28,237 nucleotides of DNA from Gammaproteobacteria bacterium (lineage in GTDB: Bacteria > Pseudomonadota > Gammaproteobacteria > SZUA-229): the NCBI GenBank assembly GCA_027858635.1, contig JAQICG010000192.1, positions 1-28,237 of the forward strand. The letters are read 5' to 3'. Shown here piece by piece: positions 1 through 10,176 of the stretch; the first letter of the stretch is position 1; each line of letters starts with the position of its first letter. Under the pieces are notes generated by a model. It did no database searches and was not told where the DNA came from. It worked only from the letters and a program-made list of their open reading frames with translations. The translations under genes and the position numbers were made by a program.

Positions 1-13
1 ATCATCAATCCAC

Positions 14-3000
14 CTAAACGTCCGAGATTTCATTCCAGTAAGCCTTCAGTCTTTTTTCCGAGACGGGAAACTGCGTTTTCAACTCCTGCGCAAACAACGA
101 CACCCGATACTCTTCAAGCATCCAGCGGTAATGATTCAGTTGCGGCGAGTCGATGTGTTGTTTTTCCAGGCTGTGCTGACGTTTCAGGTAGGCGTCCCAT
201 AAGGAGGAAATTTGCAAGCGGTGCTGGCGGTCGCGTACTGGGTCGCCATGTGCCTTGTCGAGACGTTTGATGATGGCGCTGAGGTAGCGCGGATAATGGG
301 CCAGCCACTGCTTGTCGATGTTGAGCAGCGGGTGCGGCGGGAATAGATGGGTCAGCTGGTTTTGTATGTCGCTGACGATGTCGAGCCTTGTCAGGGGCGG
401 ATTTTTCAATGATTTTTTAACAGTTCGGTACTGCTTGAGTATGCCGGCGAGTAGCTGACACCATTGCGTTGCTACGCTCATTAGTTCACTGCGACCGGCG
501 GCCAGCACCTGTGAAAAATCTTGCTGGCTGTGGATGGGCTGCTGCATAAAACACTGTTCGATGACGACATTGATGAGGTCCTGCTTCAGTTCGTCACAGC
601 GGCCAAAGTCGGCGTATTGGAGACACAGGTTCTGAATGTCGGGCAGGTTGTTTTTAAGGTGCTTGATCTGCGGGGGCAGTGCCTGGATAAACAGCTGGCG
701 CAGACCCCTGTGGGTTTCCGCCTCGGCCTGCTGTTTTGAGTTGATCAGGCGCAGGGTGACGGATTTGCCTTCGTTCACCAGCGCGGGGTAGGCCTTGATG
801 GTTACCCCGTGCTGTTCAAGTTCGATGCTCTGCTCCAGCAGATCAATCGCTTCAGCGCCGACGTCATCCTGTTCCAGCGGGTGTTTTGTCGGCGGCGCAG
901 TGCCGGCGTCTCTGGCAGTGATCGAATCGACATGAGTCGTCTGAGCGTTTTCCTGAGTGCCGAGCTGCTCTTTCAGGGCGGGCAGGTCGCGGCTCTGCGC
1001 AACCACTTTGCCCTGGCTGTCGATGACACGGAAATTCATAAACAGATGGTCGTCGATCAGTTCGGTGCGCCAGGCGTCGTAGGAAATTTCCATGCCGGTC
1101 ATGGCTTTCAGATGTTTTGACATGGCGGCAGTGAGCGGCGAGGTCGACGGCTCCAGTGCCTCCATGCAGGCGTCGGCGAAATTGGGTGCGGGTACAAAGT
1201 TGCGCCGGATTGATTTGGGCAGCGAGCGCAACAGCGCGATAATTTTTTCGCGCAGCATGCCGGGCACCAGCCATTCGCAACGCTGCGCGTTGATGGCGTG
1301 CAGCGCGGCCAGCGGCGCAGTCAGGGTGATGCCGTCATGATGATGGTTGATGTCGAAATGGTAGTCGAGCGGATAGCTGACCTCGTTCATCTCCAGATGG
1401 TCGGGGAACTGCTCGCCGCAGACGTGGCCGGCATCCTGCTGCATTAGATCCTGTTCGCTGAGCAAAAGCGCTTGCAGTTTTTCCGGCTCGGCCTTGCTGC
1501 ATGCTTTCAGCCAGGTATTAAATAACACGCCGTTGTGAATGTGCTCCGGAATCTGTTTATCATAAAACTGAAACAGAATAGCGTCATCGACGAGAATATC
1601 CTGACGGCGGGACTTGGCTTCGAGCTTTTCCAGCTGCGCTATTAATTTTTTGTTGTGGATGAAAAAGTCAGTCTTGCAGTCGAAGTCCTGCTGCACCAGC
1701 GCGCACTGGATAAATATTTCACGCGACAGCCGGGGGTCAACCTTGCCGTAGTTGACGTTTTTTTCAGGGTTGATAATCAGGCCGTAAAGCGTGGTCTGTT
1801 CCGAGGCGACGACCTGCGCCGGGTGTTTTTCCCAGTGCGGATTACTGTAGCTACGCTTTAGTAGATGTTCCGCTTTCTGCTCGACCCACTGCGGTTCAAT
1901 TTTGGCGTTGGTGCGGGCGAACACCCGTGAGGTTTCCACGATTTCGGCGGCCATCAGCCATTTGGGCGGGCTTTTGAACAGGCCGGAGCCGGGGAAAATC
2001 TGAAATTTTTTGTTGCGCGCGCCCAGATACTCCTTGTTCTCCTGCTTGAAGCCGAGGTTGCCGAGCAGCCCGGTGAGCAGCGCCCGGTGGATGGCATCGT
2101 AATTGCTGCTGCCGATGCTGTTGTTATCAGTACCGTTGCTAAAGCGGATGTTCAGCTCCTGTAACATTTTTTTAATCTGTTTGTGGGTGTCGCTCCATTC
2201 GCGGATGCGCATCCATGACAGGTAATTCTGCGTACACCATTTGCGCAGCTGGTTGTTGGAGAGTGCTTTTTTCTGGGCGTGAAACTCGTTCCAAAGATTG
2301 AGAAAGAAAACAAAGTCCGATTTCACATCTTTCCAGACCTGATGCTTCTGGTCGGCGGCCTGCTGTTTGGCCATGGGCCGTTCTCTGGGATCCTGCGTCG
2401 CCAGCGCGGCGATGATGATCAGCACCTCATTGAGCGAGGACTCTTGTTCCGTTTCGATCAGCATGCGCCCCAGTCTGGGGTCGATGGGTAGCCGCGCCAG
2501 TTTCTTGCCGATGCGGGTGAGGTTGCTGTTTTCATCAATAGCACCCAGCTCGAACAGAAGTTTGTAGCCGTCGGTGATCAGCCGTTGATCGGGCGCTTCC
2601 ACAAAGGGGAAATCGTCGATGTGACCGAGTTGCAGGTTTTCCATCTGCAGAATCACTGCCGCCAGGTTGGTGCGCTGGATTTCCGGCTGGGTGAACTCGC
2701 TGCGGGCCATAAAATCCGCCTCGTCATAGAGCCTGATGCAGATGCCGTTGGAGATGCGCCCGCAGCGCCCCTTGCGCTGATTGGCCGAGGCCTGTGAGAT
2801 CTTTTCAATTGGCAGGCGCTGAATTTTACTGCGCCAGGAATAGCGCGAAATTCGTGCCAGCCCGGTATCAATCACATATTTGATGCCGGGCACGGTGAGT
2901 GAAGTCTCGGCCACATTGGTGGCCAGAATGATGCGGCGCTGGCTGGAGCCCTTGAATATTTTGTTCTGTTCACTGGCGGAGAGCCGGGCCAGCAGCGGCA

Positions 3001-3964
3001 GAATTTCGGTGTGCTGCAACTGCTGTTTTTTCAGCGCCTCGGTGGTTTCGCGAATGTCGCGTTCACCGGCGAGAAATACCCGAATATCGCCGCGATCAAT
3101 TTTGGTGGTTTCCAGCACCGCATCGACAATGCCCTGCTGCATGTCTTTGGGGTCGTTGTCTTCCTCGGCATCATCGCTTTTGTGTAGCGGCCGATACAGA
3201 ACCTCCACCGGATAGGTGCGCCCGGAAACATTGATGATCGGCGCGTTATTAAAGTGTCGGGAAAAGCGTTCCGGGTCGATGGTGGCCGAGGTGATGATGA
3301 TTTTCAGGTCGGGGCGTCTGGCAATGAGCTGCTTGATGTAGCCCAGCAGAAAATCGATATTCAGGCTGCGTTCGTGCGCCTCATCAATAATGATCGTGTC
3401 GTACTGATTCAGGTATGGGTCGTGGTGACATTCGGCGAGCAGGATGCCATCGGTCATCAGCTTGATGTAACTGCGCTCGCTGGTCTGGTCGGAAAAGCGC
3501 ACCTTGAAGCCCACCTGCTGGCCGGGTTCGGTACGCAGCTCTTCGGCGATGCGCGTCGCCACCGAACGCGCCGCCAGCCGACGGGGCTGAGTGTGGCCGA
3601 TCAGCCCGCGCATGCCCAGCCCCAGTTGCAGGCAGATTTTGGGCAGCTGGGTGGTTTTGCCCGAGCCGGTTTCACCGCAGAGGATGGTGACCTGGTTAGC
3701 CCTGATCACCTCAAGAATCCCATCGCGCTTCTGGCTGATGGGCAGCTCTTCGGGAAAATTCAGCGCCGGCACCTGCTGCTGGCGGAGTTTAACCTGGGCG
3801 ACCGACAGCTCCAGATCGCGACTGAGTTGGTTCAGGCTTTCATCAAAGCCCGGTTTATTAAGGTTCTTCTGGAGTTTGCGCAGCCGCCGGTAAAAGCCCT
3901 GACGGTCTTTTAACATGCATAAATCGAGTTGTTGGAAAAGGGGCTGAAGTACGGATGTGCTCAT
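14..3964 (-). CDS. hrpA: ATP-dependent RNA helicase HrpA (DEAH box)
   Basis: Motifs GETGSGKTTQ, DEAHER, SAT, ATNVAETSLT and QRKGRCGR, an HA2 region and the C-terminal EEYRVSLFAQEL segment. Start placed at ATG 3964 (MSTSVLQ); the ORF-track extension to 4057 does not look like HrpA. Confidence 0.96.
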   Translation of the reverse strand: MSTSVLQPLFQQLDLCMLKDRQGFYRRLRKLQKNLNKPGFDESLNQLSRDLELSVAQVKLRQQQVPALNFPEELPISQKRDGILEVIRANQVTILCGETGSGKTTQLPKICLQLGLGMRGLIGHTQPRRLAARSVATRIAEELRTEPGQQVGFKVRFSDQTSERSYIKLMTDGILLAECHHDPYLNQYDTIIIDEAHERSLNIDFLLGYIKQLIARRPDLKIIITSATIDPERFSRHFNNAPIINVSGRTYPVEVLYRPLHKSDDAEEDNDPKDMQQGIVDAVLETTKIDRGDIRVFLAGERDIRETTEALKKQQLQHTEILPLLARLSASEQNKIFKGSSQRRIILATNVAETSLTVPGIKYVIDTGLARISRYSWRSKIQRLPIEKISQASANQRKGRCGRISNGICIRLYDEADFMARSEFTQPEIQRTNLAAVILQMENLQLGHIDDFPFVEAPDQRLITDGYKLLFELGAIDENSNLTRIGKKLARLPIDPRLGRMLIETEQESSLNEVLIIIAALATQDPRERPMAKQQAADQKHQVWKDVKSDFVFFLNLWNEFHAQKKALSNNQLRKWCTQNYLSWMRIREWSDTHKQIKKMLQELNIRFSNGTDNNSIGSSNYDAIHRALLTGLLGNLGFKQENKEYLGARNKKFQIFPGSGLFKSPPKWLMAAEIVETSRVFARTNAKIEPQWVEQKAEHLLKRSYSNPHWEKHPAQVVASEQTTLYGLIINPEKNVNYGKVDPRLSREIFIQCALVQQDFDCKTDFFIHNKKLIAQLEKLEAKSRRQDILVDDAILFQFYDKQIPEHIHNGVLFNTWLKACSKAEPEKLQALLLSEQDLMQQDAGHVCGEQFPDHLEMNEVSYPLDYHFDINHHHDGITLTAPLAALHAINAQRCEWLVPGMLREKIIALLRSLPKSIRRNFVPAPNFADACMEALEPSTSPLTAAMSKHLKAMTGMEISYDAWRTELIDDHLFMNFRVIDSQGKVVAQSRDLPALKEQLGTQENAQTTHVDSITARDAGTAPPTKHPLEQDDVGAEAIDLLEQSIELEQHGVTIKAYPALVNEGKSVTLRLINSKQQAEAETHRGLRQLFIQALPPQIKHLKNNLPDIQNLCLQYADFGRCDELKQDLINVVIEQCFMQQPIHSQQDFSQVLAAGRSELMSVATQWCQLLAGILKQYRTVKKSLKNPPLTRLDIVSDIQNQLTHLFPPHPLLNIDKQWLAHYPRYLSAIIKRLDKAHGDPVRDRQHRLQISSLWDAYLKRQHSLEKQHIDSPQLNHYRWMLEEYRVSLFAQELKTQFPVSEKRLKAYWNEISDV

Positions 3965-4160
3965 AGGATGCGTATAAGTGTAACGGGCAGGGCTATTATG
4001 GGGAGCTCGCGGCAGGATGCAAGTCGCCTGTGGCGGCTGAATCTTCAGCAATGACAAAAGAAAGGGATTCCGCTATTCTAGCTACAGTTTGGATATGGCT
4101 GTGGCTTCGGTTCACAGTCATTAACGAATATTCAGCACCATTACAGCTTGAGGAACTATT

Positions 4161-5114
4161 ATGCAGGATTTATTTAATTTAATTTTTAATTTCTGGGTCG
4201 GGTTTGCGGTGCTGGCGATTGTGCTCGCCAAAACCTCGATCAAATTCGTGCCGCAGAATCGCGCCTACGTGGTCGAGCGTTTCGGTAAATACAACAAGAC
4301 CATGGTCGCGGGCCTGAATTTTCTCTTGCCCTTCTTCGATAAGATTGCCTACGAACGTTCCCTGAAAGAGCAGGCTTTTGACGTGCCCAGCCAGGCGGCG
4401 ATTACGCGCGATAATATTTCCCTGATCGTCGATGGCGTGCTCTACCTCAAGGTGCTGGACCCCTACAAGGCTTCATACGGGGTGGATGATTATGTTTACG
4501 CCGTCACCCAGCTGGCGCAAACCACCATGCGCAGTGAGATCGGCAAGATCGAGCTGGATAAAACCTTCGAGGAACGCGAGGTGCTGAACATTAATATAGT
4601 GGCGTCGATCAATGAAGCCGCAGGCCCCTGGGGTGTGCAGGTAATGCGTTACGAAATCAAGGACATCGAACCGCCTCGCACCGTGCTGGAAGCCATGGAA
4701 CGGCAGATGAAGGCCGAGCGTGAGAAGCGCGCGGTGATTCTGGAATCGGAAGGCGACCGACAGTCGGCGATCAATGTGGCCCAGGGTAACAAGCAGTCCA
4801 TCGTGCTGGCGGCCGAAGCGGACAGGGAACAGCAGATTCTGCGTGCTGAAGGTGAGGCGCAGGCGATTATTGCCGTGGCCGAAGCCAAAGCCCGAGCGCT
4901 GGAAGTGGTCGGTAATGTTGCCATTGAGGAAAGAGGTCAGAAAGCGATTCAGCTGGATCTGGCCAGTCAGGCCATCGCCGCGAAAGAGGCCATTGCCAGA
5001 CAGTCTTCAGTGGTGCTGCTGAGCGATGAGAAAACCGGCGCCGCCAATGTCGTGGCTGAGGCGATGACGATTATCAATATGCTGAATAAAAACAAGCCCG
5101 GTGATGCTTCATGA
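4161..5114 (+). CDS. SPFH/band 7 (stomatin-like) membrane protein
   Basis: N-terminal TM segment, VVERFGKY, PSQAAITRDN, AGPWG and coiled-coil QMKAEREKRA. GAGGAA Shine-Dalgarno upstream. Confidence 0.93.
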   Translation: MQDLFNLIFNFWVGFAVLAIVLAKTSIKFVPQNRAYVVERFGKYNKTMVAGLNFLLPFFDKIAYERSLKEQAFDVPSQAAITRDNISLIVDGVLYLKVLDPYKASYGVDDYVYAVTQLAQTTMRSEIGKIELDKTFEEREVLNINIVASINEAAGPWGVQVMRYEIKDIEPPRTVLEAMERQMKAEREKRAVILESEGDRQSAINVAQGNKQSIVLAAEADREQQILRAEGEAQAIIAVAEAKARALEVVGNVAIEERGQKAIQLDLASQAIAAKEAIARQSSVVLLSDEKTGAANVVAEAMTIINMLNKNKPGDAS

Positions 5115-5584
5115 TCGAGTACATTCAATCGCACCAGTCCGGCTTCTGGATTACCGCGGGCTTTATCCTGCTGGCGGCGGAAGCGCTAGTGTTCGGCTTC
5201 GCCACCATCATCATCCTGTTCGCCGGCATCGGCGCGCTGATAACCGGCCTGCTGATGGCGGTGGGTGTGCTGCCCGAGACCTGGATAGCAGGCGTCTCCA
5301 GCTTCGGCCTCTCCACCGGAATAGTCAGCATGCTGCTGTGGAAACCGATGCGCCGATTGCAGAACGACAACGTCTCCCCCCAGAGTAACAGCAGCGATCT
5401 GATTGGCTATGAGTTCGTGCTGCAGGAAGATATCAGCCCGATGAAAACTGGCCATCACCGCTATTCCGGTATCGACTGGACCATTGAACTGGACCCGAGT
5501 GCAGCGACAGACAGCCTGTTAGCCGGACAGCGGGTGAGAGTGGTCTCGGTGGACGCGGGTATTTTTAGAGTGAAATCGGTTTGA
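5111..5584 (+). CDS. NfeD-family membrane protein, partner of the SPFH protein
   Basis: Three hydrophobic segments (FW...LLAAE) then an OB-fold-like tail (LIG...G..W...GQRVRVVSVD). ATGA overlap with the SPFH stop; the canonical SPFH-NfeD pairing. Confidence 0.9.
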   Translation: MIEYIQSHQSGFWITAGFILLAAEALVFGFATIIILFAGIGALITGLLMAVGVLPETWIAGVSSFGLSTGIVSMLLWKPMRRLQNDNVSPQSNSSDLIGYEFVLQEDISPMKTGHHRYSGIDWTIELDPSAATDSLLAGQRVRVVSVDAGIFRVKSV

Positions 5585-5604
5585 GAAGTGCGGGTAGGTA
5601 AAAA

Positions 5605-5862
5605 CATTCACCGCAGAGGCGCGGAGAAATTCCTGTTTGGTTATGAAATCTTATTCAGCGTTGCAAAAATTCGAACAAGTTCACATTAGCACCGTAGGTT
5701 GGGTTAGGCGTTTTTTGCCGTAACCCAACATTTGCAAACCCGTCGGGCTTCATAAAAAACATTCAGCCCAACCTACAATAGATTTTGATTTTCCTCTGCG
5801 TTCTCTGCGACCTCTGCGGTAAAAGGCTTTTAAAACATTCAAAGATTTTCTCTGCGGTGAAC
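5605..5862. repeat. GCAGAG inverted-repeat family, locus 1 (arms 5605-5629 +, 5793-5822 -, 5850-5861 -)
   Basis: CATTCACCGCAGAGGCGCGGAG and the complementary CTCTGCGTTCTCTGCGACCTCTGCGGT and CTCTGCGGTGAA. Same family as 22472-22578 and 26001-26106; lies between convergent genes. Confidence 0.85.
5694..5776. repeat. Inverted doublet of GTAG-type REP sequences (REPIN-like)
   Basis: GTAG-GTTGGGTTA-N14-TAACCCAAC at 5694-5729 (+) and GTAG-GTTGGGCT...AGCCCGAC at 5742-5776 (-), separated by 12 bp. Confidence 0.8.
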
Positions 5863-5901
5863 AAGGTTTGTTACATACGTTCAAATAAAAGCCAATAATG
5901 C

Positions 5902-6369
5902 TCAGGCCTCAAAGTCTCTGATCACGCCGGTGACTATGCCCAGAACCTGCACCTCTTCGTTCTTCAGTCGAATCGCTTCCATCTCCGGGTTGGCGGGTTG
6001 CAGGCGGATGCCGTCGGCTTCAATGTAGAATTTTTTCAGCGTCACCTGTTCGTCATTAATCAGCGCAACCACTGACTGGCCGTTTTCCGCCCATTCGCGT
6101 TTTTCCACGATAATAATGTCACCATCCTGAATGTTGTCGTCCACCATGGAGTGGCCGGTGACTCTCAGCGCGTAGGTGTTTTTGCGCACCATATTGGCGG
6201 GTATCTTGACGCGCTCGTTCTGCTCCACCCGTTCGATGGGCTGACCGGCTGTGATGCAGCCCAGCAGGGGGATTTCGAGCATTTCGATGGTTTCGATTTC
6301 AGCTTCATCGAGACCTTCGATCCAGGTGGGGCGCTGATGCTTGGGGATAAGTAGGCTTACATTTTTCAT
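5902..6369 (-). CDS. LexA-like S24 peptidase domain protein lacking the N-terminal DNA-binding domain
   Basis: IPLLGCITAGQP (Ala41-Gly42 cleavage site), GHSM catalytic Ser, TLKK catalytic Lys, LQPANP. Only about 30 aa precede the domain, and an in-frame stop lies 3 codons upstream of the ATG. Confidence 0.85.
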   Translation of the reverse strand: MKNVSLLIPKHQRPTWIEGLDEAEIETIEMLEIPLLGCITAGQPIERVEQNERVKIPANMVRKNTYALRVTGHSMVDDNIQDGDIIIVEKREWAENGQSVVALINDEQVTLKKFYIEADGIRLQPANPEMEAIRLKNEEVQVLGIVTGVIRDFEA

Positions 6370-6518
6370 TGTTATTCAACTTTTATTGAAGAGTTAGAAT
6401 TAAATATAGATGAATTGTTGAGCAAAAGTATAACGTTTACAAATAATTTTATAAATGAGAATGAGTCTGAATTTCTGGTATTGTTGGTCTGTGGCTAATA
6501 ATTATAAGGAGAAACAAC

Positions 6519-6923
6519 ATGAATGATTTATTAAAAAATGATGATCTGGGAAAATTAATCCTGCGTCTAACCCTGGGAATTTTGATTCTGTTTCACGGTG
6601 TGGCAAAAATCCAGAGTCCCGCAACGCTTGAATTTATCATGGGTAGCCTGTCCAGTAACGGCTTGCCGTCCTTTCTCGCCTACGGCGTATTCATTGGTGA
6701 GGTACTGGCACCGCTGCTGATTATACTGGGCCTGTTTACGCGTTACAGCGCCATTTTAATTATCATCAACATGTTGTTTGCCGTTTTTCTGGTACACGCT
6801 GCGGAAATCTTTATGTTGTCCGAACACGGTGGCTGGCAGCTTGAGCTGCAGGGCTTCTATCTGTTTACGGCGCTGGCCGTGATTTTTCTGGGTAGCGGCA
6901 GATACGCTATTAAGCCGGATTAA
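6519..6923 (+). CDS. DoxX-family membrane protein
   Basis: LILRLTLG...FHG, GEVLAPLLIILG.FTR, GG..LELQGFY and LGSGRY; four TM segments; AAGGAG Shine-Dalgarno. Confidence 0.9.
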   Translation: MNDLLKNDDLGKLILRLTLGILILFHGVAKIQSPATLEFIMGSLSSNGLPSFLAYGVFIGEVLAPLLIILGLFTRYSAILIIINMLFAVFLVHAAEIFMLSEHGGWQLELQGFYLFTALAVIFLGSGRYAIKPD

Positions 6924-6930
6924 TTTTGCG

Positions 6931-6977
6931 AGGTAAAAACTCTGTCCCCCCGATGTTGGAGAAACAGGTTTTTACCT
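6931..6977. terminator. Stem-loop between convergent doxX and pilZ genes, possible bidirectional terminator
   Basis: Perfect 10-bp inverted repeat AGGTAAAAAC (6931-6940) / GTTTTTACCT (6968-6977), extended by CTGT/ACAG. Confidence 0.5.
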
Positions 6978-6990
6978 ATCCGGGCTTCGC

Positions 6991-7347
6991 CTATTTGACG
7001 ATCTTGCGCCAGCGTTTGTAGTCGGTTTCGGTGTTGATTAAATCCTGAATGGCAATCCCGATTTCATAAATACCTTCCTCATCGCTTTCATTGCACCAGC
7101 GCACTTTGCCGGACAGGAAGTAGGTATAGGGGTCATCTTTGAGCTTGGTGGATACATCAATGGTGCTGTCCGCAGGCAGTGGCGTTTTCAGCATAATGCG
7201 CAGGCCGGAGGCGGAGATATCGATGGTCGAACCCTTGATGGTTCTGCCGAGAAGCGCTGGGTTCTGGGAGGTAAAAACAATGGTCAGACTGAGCGCCTCT
7301 TTTTGGTTAAGGCGTTTGTCGGCTCGGCGGTTATGATGATCGGACAT
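6991..7347 (-). CDS. Single-domain PilZ protein (c-di-GMP receptor)
   Basis: RxxxR (RADKR) and DxSxxG (DISASG) motifs, plus GKVRW and IGI beta-strand pattern. Confidence 0.85.
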   Translation of the reverse strand: MSDHHNRRADKRLNQKEALSLTIVFTSQNPALLGRTIKGSTIDISASGLRIMLKTPLPADSTIDVSTKLKDDPYTYFLSGKVRWCNESDEEGIYEIGIAIQDLINTETDYKRWRKIVK

Positions 7348-7665
7348 AGTTATAATTCTTTTTGTAGTGAAACTGTGTTTAAGTGTTTAAGTTTGTGCTC
7401 TACACAATAATATTGTCCCTGTTCAAATGAGCTTGTATCAGGTTGTTTATACACTATGAGCCAATATAAACAATACTTAAAGTAGGTTAGCTTAGCTTAG
7501 TTTATATAGATTGCGATAGCATCAAAAATATATCGCGACAAGGTTGTCCGCTAACTACTTCATTCTAAAGCTATTTTTGCAAAGAGCTGTCAGGCATATT
7601 TGCCATTCATGTTATTTTGTAATTGGGTTTCAATTAGTTATTGCAGTCGACATGTGTAAGCAGCA

Positions 7666-10046
7666 TCAGTCCTGCTCAATTTCCCGCTTAAGGGCATTAG
7701 CCATCGCCCTTCCACTGACATAACGTTTTTCCGGGTTCTTCTGTAAGGCTTTATTAATGATACGTGTCGCACTGGCGGGTAAGTTCGTGCGCAGGTTTTT
7801 CACCGGAGCGTGTTTATCGTTGGCTATTTTATAGGCCAGATTAGCCAGACTGTCTGCACTGAACGGCAGTCGCCCGGTCAGCAGTTGATAAAAACTGATG
7901 CCCAGCGAATAGATATCCGCCCGGCCATCAACATGCGCGCCGGTGATCTGCTCCGGCGCCATATAAGAGGGGCTGCCCAGAAAGCTGCCGGTTTTGGTGT
8001 TAGCTGAATCGGTCAGGCGTGCTATGCCAAAGTCGGTGACTTTTATCTGTCTGCTTTCCGGGTGATAGATGATATTGCCGGGCTTGATGTCACGGTGAAC
8101 GATGTTCTGTTGGTGGGCGTAATCCAGCGCCTGTGCAACCACCAGGATAATGCGATAGACCTCCTGCATTGGCAGCAGATTTTCCGCAGCTGTGTAATTC
8201 GATAAGGGCACGCCGGTAACGTAATCCATGGCAATAAAAGCAAGAATCGTCTTCTTCGCCGACATCGTAAACGGTGACAATGTCGCTATGGTTAAGCCGC
8301 GCCGCCGCCTCTGCTTCACGGAAAAATCGTGACTTCACCGTTTGGAGCTCTTTGGGTGAAAACTGCGTGTAGTCGAGCGTTTTAATCGCGACCTTGCGGT
8401 TTATCTTGGGATCAATGCCCCAGATAGACCACGCCCATCGCGCCCCGGCCTAATTCTTTTTCTATTTTATAGCGCCCGAATTCCGGCATTTCCATTTGTG
8501 ACATGACCAGTGTCTTCTGCGACTGGTTTGGCAATGAGATTTGCGGCGATGACGAGGAAATGCCAATAATAGAACTGAGGCGTTTCTCTATATCCTTATA
8601 ATTTTTTCGCCGGACATTTATTTCCGAATAAACTTGCAGCGCCTTATCATACTGCCGTTTGTGTTCAAAGCGCAGACCAATTTCGTACAGGTCTGACAGG
8701 ACTTCATCATCGCCGTAACATTTCAACAGGCTGGTTAGCGCCGGCTCATAATCGCTTTTCTCGTATTGATAATGGCCGAGTTGAAACCATGCATTGTGCT
8801 GAGTTTGTAAAAGACCGTTTAAAATCTCCCTGCCGGACAGGTAAACATAAACCGCCAGCTGGCCGGTCAACATTAACAGAAATATGCTGATGGTGGGCCA
8901 CCAGATACCCTTCATGATCAGCAGCACCGGCTGCACGGAAATCATTCCCATGATCAGAAATGCGCCGAGAAACAGTCCGCTCTGTTTCGAGAACAGCGGT
9001 AACAGCCACAGCAGGTAAACGGTCACTAGTGCCAGTAGCAGAGGCAGCATCCACCAGCTTTCGGTGGGTGTGTAGTAGGTCGCGCCAGTCTGCAAATTGC
9101 TGAGTGAATCCGCCAGGGTTTGAAGTTGCCGCTCATCCTGACCTATCAATATTATTTTATTGCGAAAGGTGGCATTGGATTTTGCCGCCGCGCTCTGAAG
9201 TGTCTGTATATTCAGGTCAGCGTGACGACCGGTCAGGGCTGAAAAGTAGCTGTACACTCGGCCCGAAAGGTCAGCAGGAATCTGTGAGTTATCCAGACTG
9301 ATCAACCCGCTTTCGTTCAGGTGCAACTGCCGGCTGTTCTGGTAACGGCTGAATACCGCCAGGCTCAAATCGGGCAGGGACATACTTCTGGCCTCGTTGT
9401 ACCAGATTACGGCCTGTTTTTTTGAACTGTCGGCATCAAATGGATAGACGCGATATGGCAGGCGGGTATTGGTTTGTCTGAAGGTACTTGTGGCGGGCAG
9501 AAACAGGGCGGGGATATACTGCCCCCAGCTATCCTGATAGAGCAGTGATTCAGTGTAGGGAATGTTTTTCTGCTGCGCCGGGGCGTTGCTGTATTAAGTC
9601 AGGAAGACACGCTGATGCTCAAGCATCCAGGCCAATTTGTTGCGTTCACCCTGCGTGGGTTGCCATTGTTTTTCTGCATCGTTATCTTCTTCAGTATCGG
9701 CAGAGGTGACCGCCTGACTTGCGGTGTCGGTATCCTCTTCGAGCGGAGCATAATCCATCTGTGGAAAATCATCGCTCAGCCAGACAATTTCAGCGGCATC
9801 GGCTTTTCTTAATTTACGCAACAGAAAACGAAACTCACGTATGCCCTGCGGCGTTTGCAGGCGCGCATCATCCAGCTTGATGATCTGAACGTCTTTAGAG
9901 GCTGCCTGAGCAGGCAGTAAATGACTGGCAAAGCGGAACATCTGTGTATCCAGCCAGAGAACATTGCTATTCTGAGACAGTAATAAAGTCATCATGAAAC
10001 AGATGACTATGAATATCGAAAAATAGAGTCGACGATGCTTGTTCAA
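7666..10046 (-). pseudogene. Disrupted CHASE2-like sensor / TM / TPR-like / Ser-Thr protein kinase (about 792 aa when repaired)
   Basis: Pieces 9594-10046 and 8412-9383 share a frame, split by an in-frame TAA at 9594-9596; the frame stays open 9384-9593. One extra base in CCCC at 8418-8421 and one extra A at 8245-8246. The repaired product has GRGAMGVV, VAIK, HRDIKPGN, DFG and APE; 2381-2=2379 nt = 793 codons. May be an assembly artefact. Confidence 0.85.
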
Positions 10047-10176
10047 TAATGAATCCGTTATGTGGTTCGGTCTTAAAACCTCCCTAGTATAGTTGAAGTA
10101 TCTGTTTTTTCATCAGGACGGGTGCCGCGTAATGATGATGGTTAACGGATGCCGGCAACGCTATTCAGTGTGAAAA

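Noticed and set aside
7348-7665. AT-rich gap with short repeats (GTTTAAGT x2, TTAGC x2-3)
   Set aside because: Too short and low-complexity to separate from chance; no ORF or array structure.
9594-9596. Programmed readthrough or selenocysteine at the kinase internal stop
   Set aside because: The codon is TAA rather than TGA or TAG, and the gene has two further frameshifts.
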